From Fibrobacter succinogenes (GTDB lineage: Bacteria > Fibrobacterota > Fibrobacteria > Fibrobacterales > Fibrobacteraceae), in the NCBI GenBank assembly GCA_902781185.1, contig CACZII010000005.1, positions 1-37,546 on the forward strand: 37,546 bases of DNA. Reading direction: 5' to 3'. Below are positions 36,968-37,546 of this stretch, in pieces (within the stretch, counting starts at the first letter, position 1; each line of letters starts with the position of its first letter). The position numbers were made by a program, and so were the translations under genes. A model generated the notes under the pieces. It did no database searches, was not told the DNA's origin, and worked only from the letters and a program-made list of their open reading frames with translations.

Positions 36968-37546
36968 GGATGACACCTTTTCAGGGTCGATAGTCCTAGT
37001 CTCTTCCTTGACGCCATCGCTCCAGCCGCTGAAGGCGCCACCATTGGCTTTCGCGGTCAATTTTACAGGGGTCCCCTTGAAGAACGACACGGTTACCGAA
37101 TTACGGTCCAGCGGTAGATTGTGGACCATGATTTTACCGGAACCCTGTACCGAAAGCGTAACCTTGGCGGTTTCACCTAATCCAAAGAAATCCGTCATTT
37201 CAGACATGATAACGGCCTGACGAGAGCCCGCAAAGGTTTTCATTTTTTCCAGTTGCCCGCTCATGTACGAGGCATTCAAATTCCAGCGTTTCTGGTCCCG
37301 AGCTATTTCAGATTCAATTTCAGACATCATCGTGTTGATGCGTGCCAAAAGCCTGGACTTTTCGAAATAGGTAGCCAGCAGAACGGGCATACGGTTGATA
37401 AACGCCGTCTTGAAATTCTTGTTTTCAAGCATCCTTCGGAGCAAAAGCGTAGAGGCCGGGCCATTGGGCCAGTCAGGGCCATCTTCAGCCGTCGCAAATT
37501 CGAATATATTGTTCTTGAATTCGCTATACTCGTTGCCAAATCCAAA
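36947..37546 (-). CDS. C-terminal part of a probable CotH-family protein (5' end beyond the right edge)
   Basis: Frame is open to the window edge: FGFGNEYSEFKNNIFEFATAEDGPDWPNGPASTLLLRRMLENKNFKTAFINR...EIARDQKRW, then a short beta domain with FSGWSDG. Confidence 0.7.
   Translation of the reverse strand, partial: FGFGNEYSEFKNNIFEFATAEDGPDWPNGPASTLLLRRMLENKNFKTAFINRMPVLLATYFEKSRLLARINTMMSEIESEIARDQKRWNLNASYMSGQLEKMKTFAGSRQAVIMSEMTDFFGLGETAKVTLSVQGSGKIMVHNLPLDRNSVTVSFFKGTPVKLTAKANGGAFSGWSDGVKEETRTIDPEKVSSLTAVFK

Noticed and set aside
1-37546. tRNA, rRNA, transposase, integrase or prophage genes
   Set aside because: None recognised; intergenic gaps are short and largely accounted for

Overview
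Bacterial chromosomal window, probably Fibrobacter-like/FCB group (inferred from gene style, lipoprotein leaders and multiple CotH genes; not proven). Almost all genes are on the minus strand. Left part (1-10.8 kb): a translation cluster rplM-rpsI, rpsB-tsf, pyrH-frr. The usual tsf-pyrH junction is interrupted by two lipoprotein genes, one a Cys-rich repeat protein of eukaryote-like type. Also present are a CNNM/CBS protein flanked by REP-like palindromes, an SppA with a barrel-like N-terminal extension and a probable outer-membrane protein. Right part (10.8-35.7 kb): a Wzx/Wzy-dependent surface polysaccharide locus running ugd, glf, Gnu-like epimerase, DUF4422, a six-gene phosphonate cassette, GT2, wzx, licD, wzy, two TagF-like transferases, GDPD, an IspD/TarI-like enzyme plus SDR, then wzc. 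An antisense pair of CotH kinase lipoproteins sits just before wzc. Best leads: (1) a pepM-ppd cassette with no aminotransferase or Fe-ADH but four other enzymes, suggesting an undescribed phosphonate substituent on a capsule; (2) rpsI apparently starting at a non-canonical ATC codon behind a strong Shine-Dalgarno; (3) the Cys-repeat lipoprotein with a stalk rich in D-S/T-hydrophobic sequons. All family calls come from motif recognition by eye; no searches were run.
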